Source of the DNA: an archaeon
GTDB taxonomy: Archaea > Undinarchaeota > CAZHTU01 > JBDRCC01
Assembly: GCA_043822065.1 (NCBI GenBank)
Contig: JBDRCC010000021.1
Span: forward strand, 32,001 to 96,000
Direction of reading: 5' to 3'
Length of the DNA: 64,000 nucleotides
Each line of letters opens with the position of its first letter. Position 1 is the first letter of the stretch. Below are positions 26,564 through 36,765 of the stretch, one piece after another. Under the pieces are notes generated by a model. It ran no database searches, was not told the DNA's origin, and saw only the letters and a program-made list of their open reading frames with translations. A program made the translations under genes and the position numbers.

Positions 26564-27553
26564 ATGACCAATTCCACTGACAACACACAATTAAAGACTT
26601 GGGTACCCCTGCTAATATTCTCCATTATGCTTACCTGCGGCTGCACTAGCTATTCAGAGCCAACCAAACCTGGCCAATTCGCAGACCAGGGCGGCGCTGG
26701 CGCATTCAACCTCAGTGGCACTCCTGCAGCATCTTACTGCTATTCTGACGCCGAAGTGGCTGAGCTGAATAACGAGATGCTGGATGTCTTTAGGGACCTT
26801 GTCGAACCGAGACGCTATTATCATGGAATACGGCGGGATGTCGAATACTCACCGGCCCATGGCATAACAATGAACAACGTCCTTGAGATCCCAGAGGAAG
26901 TTTACCTTGAGTACACCTACCTGTACAAGGATTACGCTGTAGTAGATACTCACTACGCACCCGACGGCGTTGAGCGGATGGTCAGCCTAAAATTCCTGGT
27001 GCCAGCGGATGCCGAGACGGAATTCAGCCCGTCCGAAGTGCAGGGCTTTGTCAAGGGGTACATGGAAAAGCGCGCAAGATACTTCAACACAGATTTTAGC
27101 GAAATAGAATTCGGGAAGCCGGTATACCATGACTGGGACTCCTCCTGGGAAATGGGGATAGCGCGCAAGAAGGACGGCGCCGTCTCAATTCCAGGCGGCG
27201 CCCAATTCACAATATCCAACTATGGCGTAGTCTACCACTTTCTCGCCTCCGAGGATGCCGTAGGGACTATAGTCGCTGTTCCAGACCTTGAGCTCCCCGC
27301 AACCCCCAAAATATCAAAATCCGACGCGGAGCGAATCGCAAAGCTCCAGGACGGCATACCTCAGACACCCATAATCGAACGCGCCGAGATGTCATTCAAG
27401 ACTGTATGGAGCAATGAAACCTGCATAGACTACTGGCTGTTGTGGACCATCGACTTTTCCTGTACAGGCTCTGACGCAAAATACGATAAAATAATAATCG
27501 ACGCGCTTGATGGCTCAGTCGTTGCCAAGACGTTCAAATGCTACGCAACATAG
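26564..27553 (+). CDS. secreted lipoprotein with C-terminal PepSY-like segment
   Basis: Hydrophobic signal with LTCGC lipobox; PKISKSDAERIA...IIIDALDGSVV. The TTG at 26540 lies inside the repeat, so ATG 26564 is preferred. Confidence 0.7.
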   Translation: MTNSTDNTQLKTWVPLLIFSIMLTCGCTSYSEPTKPGQFADQGGAGAFNLSGTPAASYCYSDAEVAELNNEMLDVFRDLVEPRRYYHGIRRDVEYSPAHGITMNNVLEIPEEVYLEYTYLYKDYAVVDTHYAPDGVERMVSLKFLVPADAETEFSPSEVQGFVKGYMEKRARYFNTDFSEIEFGKPVYHDWDSSWEMGIARKKDGAVSIPGGAQFTISNYGVVYHFLASEDAVGTIVAVPDLELPATPKISKSDAERIAKLQDGIPQTPIIERAEMSFKTVWSNETCIDYWLLWTIDFSCTGSDAKYDKIIIDALDGSVVAKTFKCYAT

Positions 27554-27607
27554 TCTCCATAGCCCAAAGAAAAAACATATAGATACAATCAGTCTAATCA
27601 ATGTCAT

Positions 27608-27693
27608 GCGGAGGTGGCAGAACCTGGTTAACGCGCAAGCCTGCTAAGCTTGTGGGCCTTTGGCCCGTTCGAGTTCAAATCTCGACCTCCGCG
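27608..27693 (+). tRNA. tRNA-Ser (GCT)
   Basis: Acceptor GCGGAGG/CCTCCGC plus G73, anticodon arm CAAGC-CTGCTAA-GCTTG, long variable arm GGGCC-TTT-GGCCC; CCA is not encoded. Confidence 0.95.
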
Positions 27694-27716
27694 CTCAACC
27701 TTTTCTTTTAGAACTA

Positions 27717-28091
27717 CTACTCTAACTTATTTCCAACCAGCGTGTCCACCATCCACCAGAAGATGAACACAAACAGCACCGGGTACAGCTTCGTGCCCTG
27801 GAATTCAAAGACCGGTATCTTGTCAATCTGCGTCAGGAACATGGTCGCAGACATCGACATCATCCATACCGCATGGAAAGCAAAGTGCTCCATCGTCTTC
27901 CTGTAGACGTACATCATCCCAAGCCCCACGAGAGTCACGGACAGGGCGATGTAAATCATGAACGGCACGGATGGCTTGATGTTGTTGTACAGGTTGTAGG
28001 CCTCAGTAAACAGGAATAGGGACCCTACCAGCAGGAAGACATACCCGAATCCCCGCCCAAAGTCCTTGCCTACGCCGTCTTCAGTCACCAT
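27717..28091 (-). CDS. 4-TM membrane protein
   Basis: Four hydrophobic segments and a TATA upstream. Confidence 0.7.
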   Translation of the reverse strand: MVTEDGVGKDFGRGFGYVFLLVGSLFLFTEAYNLYNNIKPSVPFMIYIALSVTLVGLGMMYVYRKTMEHFAFHAVWMMSMSATMFLTQIDKIPVFEFQGTKLYPVLFVFIFWWMVDTLVGNKLE

Positions 28092-28137
28092 ACAATAATA
28101 TTCTCCCTTCGCCTATATAAACCTACCAAGCGCCGCC

Positions 28138-28785
28138 CTACTTTAGAGAAAGCTCCTCGATAACCCTTTCCGAGTCAACTTCCGTGTTGACGCACCCTGC
28201 CCGCGTGAGCTGCACGCCGTGGAGGCAAAGCCTCTTCTCGTGCGTCCTTAACCCGGCGAGCTGCATCTCCTTCAGGCAGGCAACGCCGAAAATCCCCATT
28301 GGCTTCAGCCTTTTCACTATCCTGTCCACGAAGCTCCCGCCCGGAACGACAAAAACCCTGTACCCGAGCTTCTCCGCGCTCTTTTTTATCTTGCCAATGG
28401 AGCACGCCCCGCAAGCCCTGCACTGGATTCCGTCCTTGTTCAGCGGCGCAGGGCAGGACTCAGCCCGGAGGCACTGCGGCAGGAAAAGAATCCTATCCTT
28501 GTACGCGGTCTTCCTGAACCCCGGCAGGTCAGCCCTGTTCCTTATGTCGAGGCAGAGCTTGTCGATGGTGTCCTTTTCGACGCCGAAATAGTGCCCAATC
28601 TTTATTATCGGGAAATAAAGCGTGTAAAACACCCACAGGACGGCTGTCGGCAGGAAGAGCTTCTCTTTCCGGTACATCCAGAACCCCGCAGCAAATGCAA
28701 ACATCACCAGGACAAAAAACGCGCCGAGCGCGAGGACTGCCACCCTACCTATATTATAATACGAAACCAGTGCAAGAACGCCCAT
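28138..28785 (-). CDS. DUF116 family protein
   Basis: FLPQCLR..CPA, CRACGAC, VVPGGS and GVAC. Start reassigned to 28785. Confidence 0.88.
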   Translation of the reverse strand: MGVLALVSYYNIGRVAVLALGAFFVLVMFAFAAGFWMYRKEKLFLPTAVLWVFYTLYFPIIKIGHYFGVEKDTIDKLCLDIRNRADLPGFRKTAYKDRILFLPQCLRAESCPAPLNKDGIQCRACGACSIGKIKKSAEKLGYRVFVVPGGSFVDRIVKRLKPMGIFGVACLKEMQLAGLRTHEKRLCLHGVQLTRAGCVNTEVDSERVIEELSLK

Positions 28786-28934
28786 GATAGTAATCTGAAG
28801 CGCGGAGTATTTAACCCTTCCGCGGCAGAGAAAAATTCTACCCGATGCACGCTGCACTGGGCAAAATCGACGACAAAAAGCTTGATTAGCCGGAACTCAA
28901 AAACTTTTTAAATGAGATGCCCATCCTATGCGCA

Positions 28935-29045
28935 ATGGGGCCGTATTCAGTTCCTTGGTCAACGTTTCTTGCCTGGGTGGTAGCCCTGGGAAGCGTAGCC
29001 CTTGCAATAGTCTGGGCTAGATGGTACACCCCAGAGGAGATTTAG
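28935..29045 (+). CDS. small symporter accessory membrane peptide (36 aa, not in ORF track)
   Basis: MGPYSVPWSTFLAWVVALGSVALAIVWARWYTPEEI*. Its stop abuts the symporter ATG, and it contains the GAGGAG SD for that gene. Confidence 0.75.
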   Translation: MGPYSVPWSTFLAWVVALGSVALAIVWARWYTPEEI

Positions 29046-30479
29046 ATGGAAGAGACCATGATTTATGGCTCAGTCATCTCCGTCTACCTTCTTTCCCTCA
29101 TACTCATCGGCTACGTCGCCTCAAAGAGGCACAAGACCTCGGCCGGCTTCTTCCTTGCCGGGAGGAGCATCGGGCCCTGGGTAACCTCATTCTCATTCAT
29201 CGCCGCGTACTTCAGCTCGGTGATTGTCGTCGGCGGGGGCGGCTTCGGGTACAAGTACGGCATGGCGACCCTGTGGATAAGCGCCATGAACGTGCTCGTC
29301 GGCTGCACCCTTGCCTGGATACTGCTCGGGCCGAGGCTTAGGAAATTCACAACGCGGCTTGACACGATAACCGTCCCTGACTTCATCTCAAAGAGGTTCG
29401 GCGCCCCGTTCGCAAAGAGCTATTCCGCGGTCATCCTGTCCATGTTCCTTATAATCTACTGCATCAGCGTCCTCAAGGGGATGGGGAACATCTTCGAGGG
29501 GCTGATGGGCATGGACTACAAGACGGGAGTCATAATCTCCGGCCTGATAATCGCGGTCTACGTCGCAATCGGCGGGTACCTTGCAGTCGTCTGGACCTCC
29601 TTCATCCAGGCGTGGATAAAGATAATCGGCTTAATCCTCCTGACACTCGCAACCCTGAAGGCGGTCGGCGGCTTCGAGGCGGCGCACGTGCAGCTTGCGG
29701 CGGTGAACCCGGGCTACGTCTCAACCCCAGGGGTATGGGGATGGGCAGGCCTGATATCATACGCATTCATATTCAGCTTCGGCGCCTGGGGCATGCCCCA
29801 GCTGCTGGTGAGGTTCTACTCGATAAAGGACCTGAAGACCCTGAAGCTCGGCACAGTCCTGGTGAGCGTTGGCGCCCTGATGGCTTTCCTCCCGTTCTTC
29901 AACGGCGCAGTTTCACGGTTACTGCTTCCAGACCTCGCAAACCCGGACCTGGCAATCCCGATGCTTTCCAAGATGGTCCTTTCCCCGTGGCTGGCGGCAA
30001 TATTCCTCGCCGCGGTGGTCGCGGCAGGCATGTCCGCGTTCTCCTCAATCCTCATAGTCATCAGCAGCTCCATAGTCAAGGACATCTACCAGACGAGCAT
30101 CAACAAGAACCTTGACGAGAAGATTTACCTCCGGTACAGCCGGGTCGTAAGCCTCATAGTTGGAATCATAGCAATCATGGTCGCGCTCAACCCGCCGGCG
30201 ATGATATTGGTCCTCGCTGCGTTCTCCTGGGCTGTCGTCGCCTCAACCTGCCTGTGGCCGATAGTCCTCGGCGCGTGGTGGAAGGGCGCAACCCGCTGGG
30301 GCGTCACTTCCTCAATGGTCGTAGGCTCGCTGTTCGCGATGTCATGGATGCTTGCAGGGAACCCGTACGGGGTGCACGGCTTCATACCGGGCGTTGCAGT
30401 CGCCCTAATAGTCCTGATAGTCGTCAGCCTGTTCACTGAGAAGCCTTCTGAAAAGATAATAAAGAAGCTCTGGTCCTAA
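29046..30479 (+). CDS. sodium:solute symporter (SSS) family
   Basis: FFLAGRSIGPW, TVPDFISKRF, GMPQLLVRFY and AAGMS; about 13 TM segments. Confidence 0.94.
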   Translation: MEETMIYGSVISVYLLSLILIGYVASKRHKTSAGFFLAGRSIGPWVTSFSFIAAYFSSVIVVGGGGFGYKYGMATLWISAMNVLVGCTLAWILLGPRLRKFTTRLDTITVPDFISKRFGAPFAKSYSAVILSMFLIIYCISVLKGMGNIFEGLMGMDYKTGVIISGLIIAVYVAIGGYLAVVWTSFIQAWIKIIGLILLTLATLKAVGGFEAAHVQLAAVNPGYVSTPGVWGWAGLISYAFIFSFGAWGMPQLLVRFYSIKDLKTLKLGTVLVSVGALMAFLPFFNGAVSRLLLPDLANPDLAIPMLSKMVLSPWLAAIFLAAVVAAGMSAFSSILIVISSSIVKDIYQTSINKNLDEKIYLRYSRVVSLIVGIIAIMVALNPPAMILVLAAFSWAVVASTCLWPIVLGAWWKGATRWGVTSSMVVGSLFAMSWMLAGNPYGVHGFIPGVAVALIVLIVVSLFTEKPSEKIIKKLWS

Positions 30480-31765
30480 GCCTTTTCTTTTCTCAGGTCT
30501 ATTACCCTCTTTGCCTTGCCCTCGCTCCTCGGCAGGCTGTTGAACCCGCCAAGCTCGACGCTCGCCTTTATCCCGAGTATGGACTGTATGCCGTCCTGGA
30601 GCGCCCTCTGGAGCTCAGGCGTCGGCTTCGTCCTCTCGTCAGTCTCAATCTTGATGGTCAGCTTGTCGAGGAGGTCCCTGTCAATCACTATCTGGTAGTT
30701 CGGGCTTGCCCCCGGCACCTGGGTTATCACGTGCTCAATCTGGCTCGGGAAGACGTTCACCCCGCCCACAATGAGCATGTCATCGCTCCTGCCGCCAATC
30801 CTCATTATCCTAGGGTGGCTCCTGCCGCAGGCGCACTTGTCCTCGTTGAGTATTGTTATGTCCCTCGTCCTGTACCTTATCAGCGGCATGGACTCGCGTA
30901 TCAGCGTCGTCACGACGAGTTCGCCCTTCTCACCAGGCCCAAGGACCTCCTGGGTCTCTGGGTCGATTACCTCGGCATAAAAGTAGTCGCTCCACAGGTG
31001 CAGGCCGTCCTGCTCCTCGCACTCTATCGCGACGCCCGGCCCGTACAGCTCTGACATGCCGTACATGTCGTACGCTTTCATCCCGAAGGCCTTCTGTATC
31101 TCCCGCCTCATGCCGTCCGACCACGGCTCAGCGCCGAATATCCCGCGCTTTATCGCCAGGTCCTTTTTCGGGTCTATGCCGTCCGCCTTTGCGGCTTCCG
31201 CAAGGTAGAGCGCATACGACGGGGTGCAGCACAGGACAGTCGACTGCATGTCTTTCATTATCATGAGCTGCCTCTTGGTATTCCCGGTCGCGACCGGTAT
31301 GACCGCGCAGCCGAGCCTCTCTGCCCCGCCGTGGAACCCGAGCCCGCCCGTGAACAGCCCATACCCGTACGAGTTCTGGACTATGTCCTTTGAGGTGGCG
31401 CCAGTGCAGGCATAGCACCTTGCCATAAGCTCGTACCAGTCGTCAAGGTCCTTTCTCGTGTAGGACACGACTGTCGGCTTGCCTGTCGTCCCGGAGGACG
31501 CGTGGAACCTGTTTATCCTGTCAGTCGGGACTGCGAGTATTCCGTAGGGGTAGTGGTCCCGGAGGTCTGTCTTGACGGTGAATGGGAGCTTTGAAACGTC
31601 CTCAAGCTTCTTGATGCCGGAAGGCATAATCCCTGCCTCCTTGAGCCGCCTCTTGTATAGCGGCACATTGTCATAGCAGTGCTTCACGCTCTTCTTTATC
31701 CTCTGGAGCTGAAGCTTCTTTATCTCCGAAAGTTTCATTTTTTCCATCTTTTCGTGGTACATCAT
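30476..31765 (-). CDS. paaK: phenylacetate-CoA ligase
   Basis: HASSGTTGKP, YGYGLFTGGLG, GAEPWS, YGMSE and GRSDDMLIVGGVNVFPSQIE. Confidence 0.95.
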   Translation of the reverse strand: MMYHEKMEKMKLSEIKKLQLQRIKKSVKHCYDNVPLYKRRLKEAGIMPSGIKKLEDVSKLPFTVKTDLRDHYPYGILAVPTDRINRFHASSGTTGKPTVVSYTRKDLDDWYELMARCYACTGATSKDIVQNSYGYGLFTGGLGFHGGAERLGCAVIPVATGNTKRQLMIMKDMQSTVLCCTPSYALYLAEAAKADGIDPKKDLAIKRGIFGAEPWSDGMRREIQKAFGMKAYDMYGMSELYGPGVAIECEEQDGLHLWSDYFYAEVIDPETQEVLGPGEKGELVVTTLIRESMPLIRYRTRDITILNEDKCACGRSHPRIMRIGGRSDDMLIVGGVNVFPSQIEHVITQVPGASPNYQIVIDRDLLDKLTIKIETDERTKPTPELQRALQDGIQSILGIKASVELGGFNSLPRSEGKAKRVIDLRKEKA

Positions 31766-31811
31766 TCACTCCCCCGATTTCTTAATAAACATAAAATTTA
31801 TATCCTTAGCC

Positions 31812-32972
31812 ATGGGAGAATTTCTTCCTTCTGACAGGATGGCACGCATACGCCCATCCCGCATACGCGAGCTGTTCGACCTTGCGCAGGGAGTCGAGGG
31901 CATAATAAGCTTCGGCATAGGCGAGCCCGACTTCAACACCCCTGAGCACATAAAGGAAGCCTGCAAAAAGTCGCTCGACAGCAACCAGACGCACTACTCC
32001 CCGACCGCCGGGATTTTCGAGCTCAGAAAGGCGCTTGCGGAGAAATACCAGACCCAGTACAACACCACTTACGACCCGAAGTCCGAGATACTCATAACCG
32101 TCGGCGGTTGCCAGGCGCTGTTTGTCATACCGCTCTGCTTCCTCAACAAAGGCGACGAGCTGATAATCCCCGACCCGGGGTTCCTCACCTACGAAGCGCA
32201 GGCGCACATCGCCGACGCCAAGCCGGTCTTCCTCTCAATGAAGGAGACGGACGGGTTCAAGGTGGACATTGACGCCCTCGAGAACACAATAACGGAAAAG
32301 ACCCGCATGCTCATCCTCAACTTCCCATCAAACCCTACGGGCGCGATGATGTCCAAAAAGGAGTTTGAGCAGGTAGCCGAAATCGTCGAGGGCAAGGATA
32401 TCATCGTCGTTTCGGACGAGTGCTACGAGCCCATAGTCTACGACGGCTACAAGCCGGTCCACTTCGGGGAAATCCTCCGCGAGCAGACAATCGCAATCAA
32501 CAGCTTCTCAAAGACCTACGCAATGGCTGGCTGGAGGGTCGGCTTCGTCACCGCCCCCGCGGGAATGATGAAGCAGCTCTACAAGATACAGCAGTATTCA
32601 GCAGCCGCGGTGAGCACCCCGATGCAGGAGGCATGCGTTGCGGCGCTGAAGGGCCCCCAGGACGCTACAAGAAAGATGGTTGAAGCGTACGACAAGCGGA
32701 GGAAGTTCCTCGTCCGCGCCCTCAACGATGTCGACGGAATCACCTGCCCGAACCCCGGCGGAGCCTTCTACGTCTTCCCAAACATAAAGGAAACAGGCAA
32801 GACATCCGACGAGGTCGCCAAGCACCTGCTCACCGACGCAAAGGTCGTCACCGTCCCCGGAAACTCGTTCGGCGCGCACGGTGAGGGCTACCTGCGGCTG
32901 ACTTATGCCACCTCAATGGCGCAGATAAAAGAGGGGGCGGAAAGGATAAAAGAATCAATCGCTAAATTGTAA
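31812..32972 (+). CDS. class I/II PLP aminotransferase (aspartate/aromatic)
   Basis: IGEPDF, NFPSNPTG, SDECY and SFSKTYAMAGWRVG. Confidence 0.95.
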   Translation: MGEFLPSDRMARIRPSRIRELFDLAQGVEGIISFGIGEPDFNTPEHIKEACKKSLDSNQTHYSPTAGIFELRKALAEKYQTQYNTTYDPKSEILITVGGCQALFVIPLCFLNKGDELIIPDPGFLTYEAQAHIADAKPVFLSMKETDGFKVDIDALENTITEKTRMLILNFPSNPTGAMMSKKEFEQVAEIVEGKDIIVVSDECYEPIVYDGYKPVHFGEILREQTIAINSFSKTYAMAGWRVGFVTAPAGMMKQLYKIQQYSAAAVSTPMQEACVAALKGPQDATRKMVEAYDKRRKFLVRALNDVDGITCPNPGGAFYVFPNIKETGKTSDEVAKHLLTDAKVVTVPGNSFGAHGEGYLRLTYATSMAQIKEGAERIKESIAKL

Positions 32973-32973
32973 G

Positions 32974-34836
32974 ATGGCAGATATTCTCGTTTCCGCAAAG
33001 CCAGGCACCCAGCTCCTTCTTCTAGGAAATGAAGCCATAGTGCGCGGGGCGCTCGAGGCTGGCGTGTCATTCGTCTCGGCATACCCTGGCACGCCATCGT
33101 CAGAAATCTGCGACACATTCTCCAGGATTGCCAGGGACGCCGGGATTTACATGGAATACTCTACCAACGAGCTGGTCGCCCTTGAGGCGGCAGCCGGCGC
33201 GGCACTCTGCGGCGTGAAATCCATGACGAGCATGAAGCATGTCGGGCTCAACGTCGCTGCAGACGCGCTGATGTCCCTCGCATACGGGAAAATCAAGGGC
33301 GGCTTAGTCATCGTTTCAGCCGACGACCCCGGCTGCCACAGCTCCCAGAACGAGCAGGACAACAGGCTCTACGGGCAGCTTTCCTACCTTCCAATCCTCA
33401 GCCCCTCCGACCCGCAGGAGGCAGGGCAAATGGCAAAGGAGGCGTTCCTGGTTTCCGAGAGTCACCAGTGCCCGGTCATACTCCACACCACCACCCGCGT
33501 AAGCCATGCGGCGAGCCAGATAAAAATCCAGCCGAAGCCCCAGCCAAAGCTAAAGGGCGAGTTCACAAAGGACATGCAGCACCACGTCATGCTCCCGCTC
33601 AACGCAAGGAAGAACCGCAAGGAAATCATCCAGCGCCTTGAAACGCTCCGCTCCGAGCACGAGAAATCCTGGTTCAACAGCCTTTCCGGGAATTCCGATT
33701 TCGGGATACTCACCTCGGGAGTCTCCTACAACTACGTCCTTGAGGCCCTCTCCTCCCTGAAGCTCAAGGCGAAGGTGCTCAAGATAGGCACAATACACCC
33801 GCTCCCAGAAAAGCTCATTTCCAAGTTCCTCACGGGGCTCAAGACCGCCCTCGTCGTTGAGGAGCTTGAGCCGTACCTCGAGCTGAACCTCCGCGCAATT
33901 GCGAAGGACGCGAACCCCAAGGTGAAACTACTCGGCAAGGCATCCAAGCACATCCCGCTCGACGGCGAGCTCAACACAAGGATAGTTACTGAAGCGCTCG
34001 CTGCAATACGGAAAAAGAAGCCGCCAGTCGACTACTCCAGGCGCGACGCCCTCGTCCGCAAGATAACCCTCCTCCTCCCCACCCGCCCGCCAGTCATGTG
34101 CCCCGGCTGCTCCCACAGGTCGGCATACTACGCAATCCAGAAAGCCACGAAGAAGTCCGCAGTCTACCCGGGCGACATCGGCTGCTACACCCTTTCCGCC
34201 CTCCCCCCGCAGCGGGCGATGGACACCTGCATCTGCATGGGCGCGAGCACGGGGATATCCTGCGGCGCCTCAAAGGTTTGCGGCAAGCCGGTAATCGCCT
34301 CGGTCGGCGACTCGACGTTCATGCACGGCGCGATACCCGGCCTGATAAACGCGGTCTACAACAATGCAAAGTTCACCTTAGTCCTCCTTGACAACACTAC
34401 AACCGCAATGACCGGCCACCAGCCGCACCCCGGGACAGGCGTAGCCGGCGGCGGGAGAAAGACCACGATGGTAATGCCGGAGGACGTTGCGCGCGGATGC
34501 GGCGTCAAATTCGTAGAGGTCGTTGACGCTTTTGACACTAAAAAAGTCCAGGATGTCATCAGCCGCTCGCTCCACCACGACGGCGTCTCCGTCGTCATAT
34601 GCAGGCAGGAGTGCGCATACCTCCTCAACAGGCGCAGGGTCAAGACACGCGAGAAGATAATACCCTACAAGGTCAACGCGGACAAGTGCATCGGGTGCAA
34701 GCACTGCATAAACGACTTCGGCTGCCCCGCAATCCTCCTGCGCGGGGACAAGGTTTACGTAGACGCCATGCTGTGCAACGGCTGCGGGGTCTGCGAGCAG
34801 GTCTGCCCTGTTAAGGCGATAGGGAGGGAGCAATGA
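32974..34836 (+). CDS. iorA: indolepyruvate:ferredoxin oxidoreductase alpha subunit
   Basis: GNEAIVRG, YPGTPSSE, MKHVGLNVAAD, RPPVMCPGC, GDIGCY, GDSTF and a C-terminal ferredoxin. Confidence 0.96.
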   Translation: MADILVSAKPGTQLLLLGNEAIVRGALEAGVSFVSAYPGTPSSEICDTFSRIARDAGIYMEYSTNELVALEAAAGAALCGVKSMTSMKHVGLNVAADALMSLAYGKIKGGLVIVSADDPGCHSSQNEQDNRLYGQLSYLPILSPSDPQEAGQMAKEAFLVSESHQCPVILHTTTRVSHAASQIKIQPKPQPKLKGEFTKDMQHHVMLPLNARKNRKEIIQRLETLRSEHEKSWFNSLSGNSDFGILTSGVSYNYVLEALSSLKLKAKVLKIGTIHPLPEKLISKFLTGLKTALVVEELEPYLELNLRAIAKDANPKVKLLGKASKHIPLDGELNTRIVTEALAAIRKKKPPVDYSRRDALVRKITLLLPTRPPVMCPGCSHRSAYYAIQKATKKSAVYPGDIGCYTLSALPPQRAMDTCICMGASTGISCGASKVCGKPVIASVGDSTFMHGAIPGLINAVYNNAKFTLVLLDNTTTAMTGHQPHPGTGVAGGGRKTTMVMPEDVARGCGVKFVEVVDAFDTKKVQDVISRSLHHDGVSVVICRQECAYLLNRRRVKTREKIIPYKVNADKCIGCKHCINDFGCPAILLRGDKVYVDAMLCNGCGVCEQVCPVKAIGREQ

Positions 34837-35426
34837 AAACCCTCAACATAGTTGTCGGCAGCGTCGGCGGCCAGGGCGCAATCCTCCTCTCAAGGCTCCT
34901 TGCCAACACTGCGATGAAGGCCGGCATCAACATCAGGGTTGGCGAGACCCACGGGATGGCCCAGCGGGGCGGGGTCGTCGAGACGCACATCCGGTTCGGT
35001 CCAGGCGCGAAGGGGCCGCTCGTCCCGGAGGGAGAATGCGACGTCCTTATAGGGATGGAGCCAGCAGAGGCGCTCAGGTTTGCGCACTTCATGTCCTCGA
35101 AAGGCACAATCCTGTGCAACACACACCGGATAGTCCCGGTCCCAGTTTCGCTCGGCTTTGCAAAATACGCTGAAAATAGTGAACTCATCTCCTCACTTGG
35201 GAAATTCTGCAAGGACGTCCGCGCGTTTGACGCGACAGCGCTTTCTGCCCAGGCCGGGAACAATATCGCAACCAACGTCGTGATGGTCGGCGCCATTGCC
35301 GCCCTTGGCGTCCTGCCTTTCAAGACCGAGGACCTGAGGGAGGAGATTGCCACCCTTCTGCCGAAATACAAGGAAGTGAACCTGAAGGCGTTTGACCTCG
35401 GGTACGGCCAAATCAAAGGGAAATGA
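34833..35426 (+). CDS. iorB: indolepyruvate:ferredoxin oxidoreductase beta subunit
   Basis: VGGQG and ETHGMAQRGG. Confidence 0.95.
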   Translation: MKTLNIVVGSVGGQGAILLSRLLANTAMKAGINIRVGETHGMAQRGGVVETHIRFGPGAKGPLVPEGECDVLIGMEPAEALRFAHFMSSKGTILCNTHRIVPVPVSLGFAKYAENSELISSLGKFCKDVRAFDATALSAQAGNNIATNVVMVGAIAALGVLPFKTEDLREEIATLLPKYKEVNLKAFDLGYGQIKGK

Positions 35427-36276
35427 AAATACCGCTCAAACGGTTTGGGGTGAGCTTTTCTTCCATGGTAGCGCTTGACATGGATTCTCACTGGTGTGGC
35501 GGCTTTGGCGGGGCTGCAGCCGCAGTCATAAACGGGCTTGCGGCCATATCGCATGAGATTGGGCTCGGATACGTGGAGCTCGGGATGGTTTCGCCTATAC
35601 TCCCTCCATCATTCTACGCAGAAAATGCCAGCCTGATCCGCGAAACGCTTTCCGGGCTCTCCCTCACCGTCCACACTGACTGCTGGCAGGGCACATCCCT
35701 CATAAGCCCAAGCGATGCCGTGCGCAGCGCAGCAGTATCCGAGCTCTCAAATCAAATCCAAATTGCGGCGACAGTCGGAGGAACAATAGCAGTCGTCCAC
35801 CCAAACATAATTGATTCGCCTGCTAAGGTAGTCCAGACGCATACTGACCGCACTCTTGCAGAGTCGCTTAGGAAGCTTGCCTCAGTCGCGTCAGACAATG
35901 GGTTACTGCTCGGGCTCGAGAATATGTCCCCGAAGTGCGGCTACTGTGTCACGCTCTCAGAAATAGAGCGCATCCTGTCAATGGGCGGTTGGAGGATGTC
36001 GGCGTCGTGCTCGATACAGGCCACAGCATATGGGGCGGGGAGGATGCTACATCCTTTTTCGAAAGGCTCGGCGCCAGGGTGATACATGTCCACCTCCACG
36101 ACAGTCCAATCGACAAGGAGGGGGCGCACATAGCCCTCGGCGAGGGGAAACTTGACGTAATGAGATTCCTAAAATCCGCGAAGGATTACAAGGGTGCATT
36201 CATCCTCGAGATGAAATCTGAAGCGGACATCAGAAAGAGCGTAGCCTACCTTAAACAGGCAGGCATCATCAATTAG
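35423..36276 (+). pseudogene. sugar phosphate isomerase/AP endonuclease 2 TIM-barrel gene with a single-base frameshift near 35989
   Basis: The first frame has VVHP and GLENM; the second has LDTGH, HVHLHD, HIALGEG and ILE. One extra T in ATGGGCGGTTGGAG restores MGGLEDVG. Confidence 0.8.
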
Positions 36277-36691
36277 TGCCGCGTTTTCTGAACCGCAGCT
36301 CCAAAACATAACTCCGCAGCCTCTTCCAGAGGCGGCCAGTGTACGCAAGCTTTACCGCCATCTCCAAAGTGAAGCCCAGTCTCGCAGGGTAAATCAAGTT
36401 GCCTTTTTGCGGACAGAACCCTTTTGGAAGCGCACCAGCAATCCACCCTGGAAGCGCAAGTTCGTTAGCCGGTCCGCTCTTCTTAATCTTATACCCAAGC
36501 TCATACAAAGATGCCATATCGCCCGCAGTTATCGACACGGTGAGTTTTCCGCCAAGCCTGCTTTTCACCCATCTCTTGTCAAGCCACATCTCCTTGGCGC
36601 TTTCTTTCCCAACGATTACTATGTCATCCCCACTGAAGTCTATCCTCGACAGCGGCTCGGAGTCCTTTAGGCTGATAGTCTTTTCCGGCAT
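36269..36691 (-). CDS. hypothetical protein
   Basis: 140-aa ORF with a TATA upstream. Confidence 0.55.
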   Translation of the reverse strand: MPEKTISLKDSEPLSRIDFSGDDIVIVGKESAKEMWLDKRWVKSRLGGKLTVSITAGDMASLYELGYKIKKSGPANELALPGWIAGALPKGFCPQKGNLIYPARLGFTLEMAVKLAYTGRLWKRLRSYVLELRFRKRGTN

Positions 36692-36765
36692 GACATAAAT
36701 ATTGCTGCTACTAGTTTATAACCCTAGCTCGAAATGTATAAATCCGCCTTGCGTATCCCTATCCC

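Noticed and set aside
26564-27715. Integrated element at tRNA-Ser or the SRP RNA
   Set aside because: No integrase and no duplicated tRNA 3' end (att site) were seen.
28801-28824. CGCGGA/TCCGCG inverted repeat around the DUF116 TATA box
   Set aside because: The arms are only 6 bp in GC-rich DNA, so chance is plausible.
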